DNA from: Takakia lepidozioides
Taxonomy: Eukaryota; Plantae; Bryophyta
Reading direction: 5' to 3'
Length of the DNA: 64,000 nucleotides
Assembly (NCBI GenBank): GCA_030704615.1
Contig: CM060732.1
Location: 34,038,001 to 34,102,000 of the forward strand
Shown here: positions 63,338 to 64,000 of the stretch, piece after piece
How the letters are laid out: each line of letters opens with the position of its first letter
Position numbering within the stretch: position 1 is the stretch's first letter
Notes under the pieces: model-generated
Seen by the model: the letters and a program-made list of their open reading frames with translations, nothing else
Database searches by the model: none
Told to the model about the DNA's origin: nothing
Position numbers and translations under genes: made by a program

Positions 63338-64000
63338 AATACTGCTCGCTCCATCACCAATGCAAACCAGTGCAATGCGTCATCCACCACAAACTTCTGT
63401 GAATGGTCTGTTCCATGGAGTAAGTCCATCCTCAAACTATGCAGATCCTTCATCAACTTGTTGTATGAGCGGAAATTGCCAAATTGCATCCATCTGTGTT
63501 GTAGGAAGGAAGCTGCCATGCGCTCAAAGTCCTCATCAGTCAATCCGAACAAGTGCTTTCTTCGCACCCCAAAGGTTGGATGTGCCATAGGCATATGTCT
63601 GAGGTCTTCAGGCCATGGGTCATCCATGAGAATCAGCTGCACAAGTAGAGGCGGCGCATTTTGGTCGCTTGTGGCTTCAATAGCAACAGCAGAGGCGGCT
63701 TCTAGAACATGGTTGGCTTCCTCAATAGAAAACTCCATGGAATAATGAAAGGGTACAAATGACCACCGGTGGTCCGCAACAATCCGGTGGAGCTCATTAT
63801 GCCAATCCAAATGGGGTTTAATTTCTCCCACCCTAAGCCGGGGAAGTGTGAGGTCTTCAGCTTCGGGTCGAATTACCGGTGATGGCGATCGCCAAACTGC
63901 AAAAAGCGCCGTGCTATGTGAGAGAAAGGCAGTCTGCTGGTCCGCAGTCTGTTGGATGACAGGACTTCCCATTGGCATGGGCTGCATGATGGGCCTCCTG

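Larger units (their letters stand above)
54987..63987 (-). pseudogene. MULE accessory gene with C-terminal Ulp1-like (peptidase C48) domain and Q/T-rich repeats, split by Pack-CACTA
   Basis: DFILVPIGDE/GH*SVCIID...NSI, DVPQQPFSWECGFYV; removing 58330-63337 and one TSD rejoins VMERAVF to DIVLQNPNVFK in frame; premature stops. Confidence 0.75.
50208..64000. mobile_element. Large Mutator-like element with transposase and convergent Ulp1 gene; right end beyond window, left end approximate
   Basis: MULE transposase on plus strand, C48 protease gene on minus strand, shared CAGTC-rich low-complexity introns. Confidence 0.75.

Overview
Repeat-rich nuclear DNA from a non-seed land plant (intron-containing genes, many PLS-class PPR sequences, moss-like repeats; species cannot be named from sequence alone). 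Three apparently intact host protein genes are present: a mitochondrial ribosomal protein S18-family gene (5' end probably upstream of or at the window edge), a secreted PQQ-type beta-propeller (polyvinyl-alcohol-dehydrogenase-like) gene and an internal alternative NADH dehydrogenase (NDA). There is also a U2 snRNA gene with USE and TATA. The rest is nested mobile DNA: (1) a decayed Ty3/Gypsy element whose pol carries a DNMT3-like cytosine methyltransferase between protease and RT plus a C-terminal PHD finger, split by an ~8.2-kb inversion and two DNA-transposon insertions; (2) two tandem, intron-containing Crypton/DUF3504-type tyrosine recombinase genes with inverted-repeat and hairpin structures; (3) a 9.26-kb Pack-MULE and a 5.0-kb Pack-CACTA that both carry pieces of a gene family fusing OSB-type PDF ssDNA-binding motifs to PLS-E PPR repeats; (4) a large MULE with transposase and a convergent Ulp1/C48 protease gene that runs off the right edge. 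All coordinates were counted by hand and protein families were recognised by motif, not by database search.
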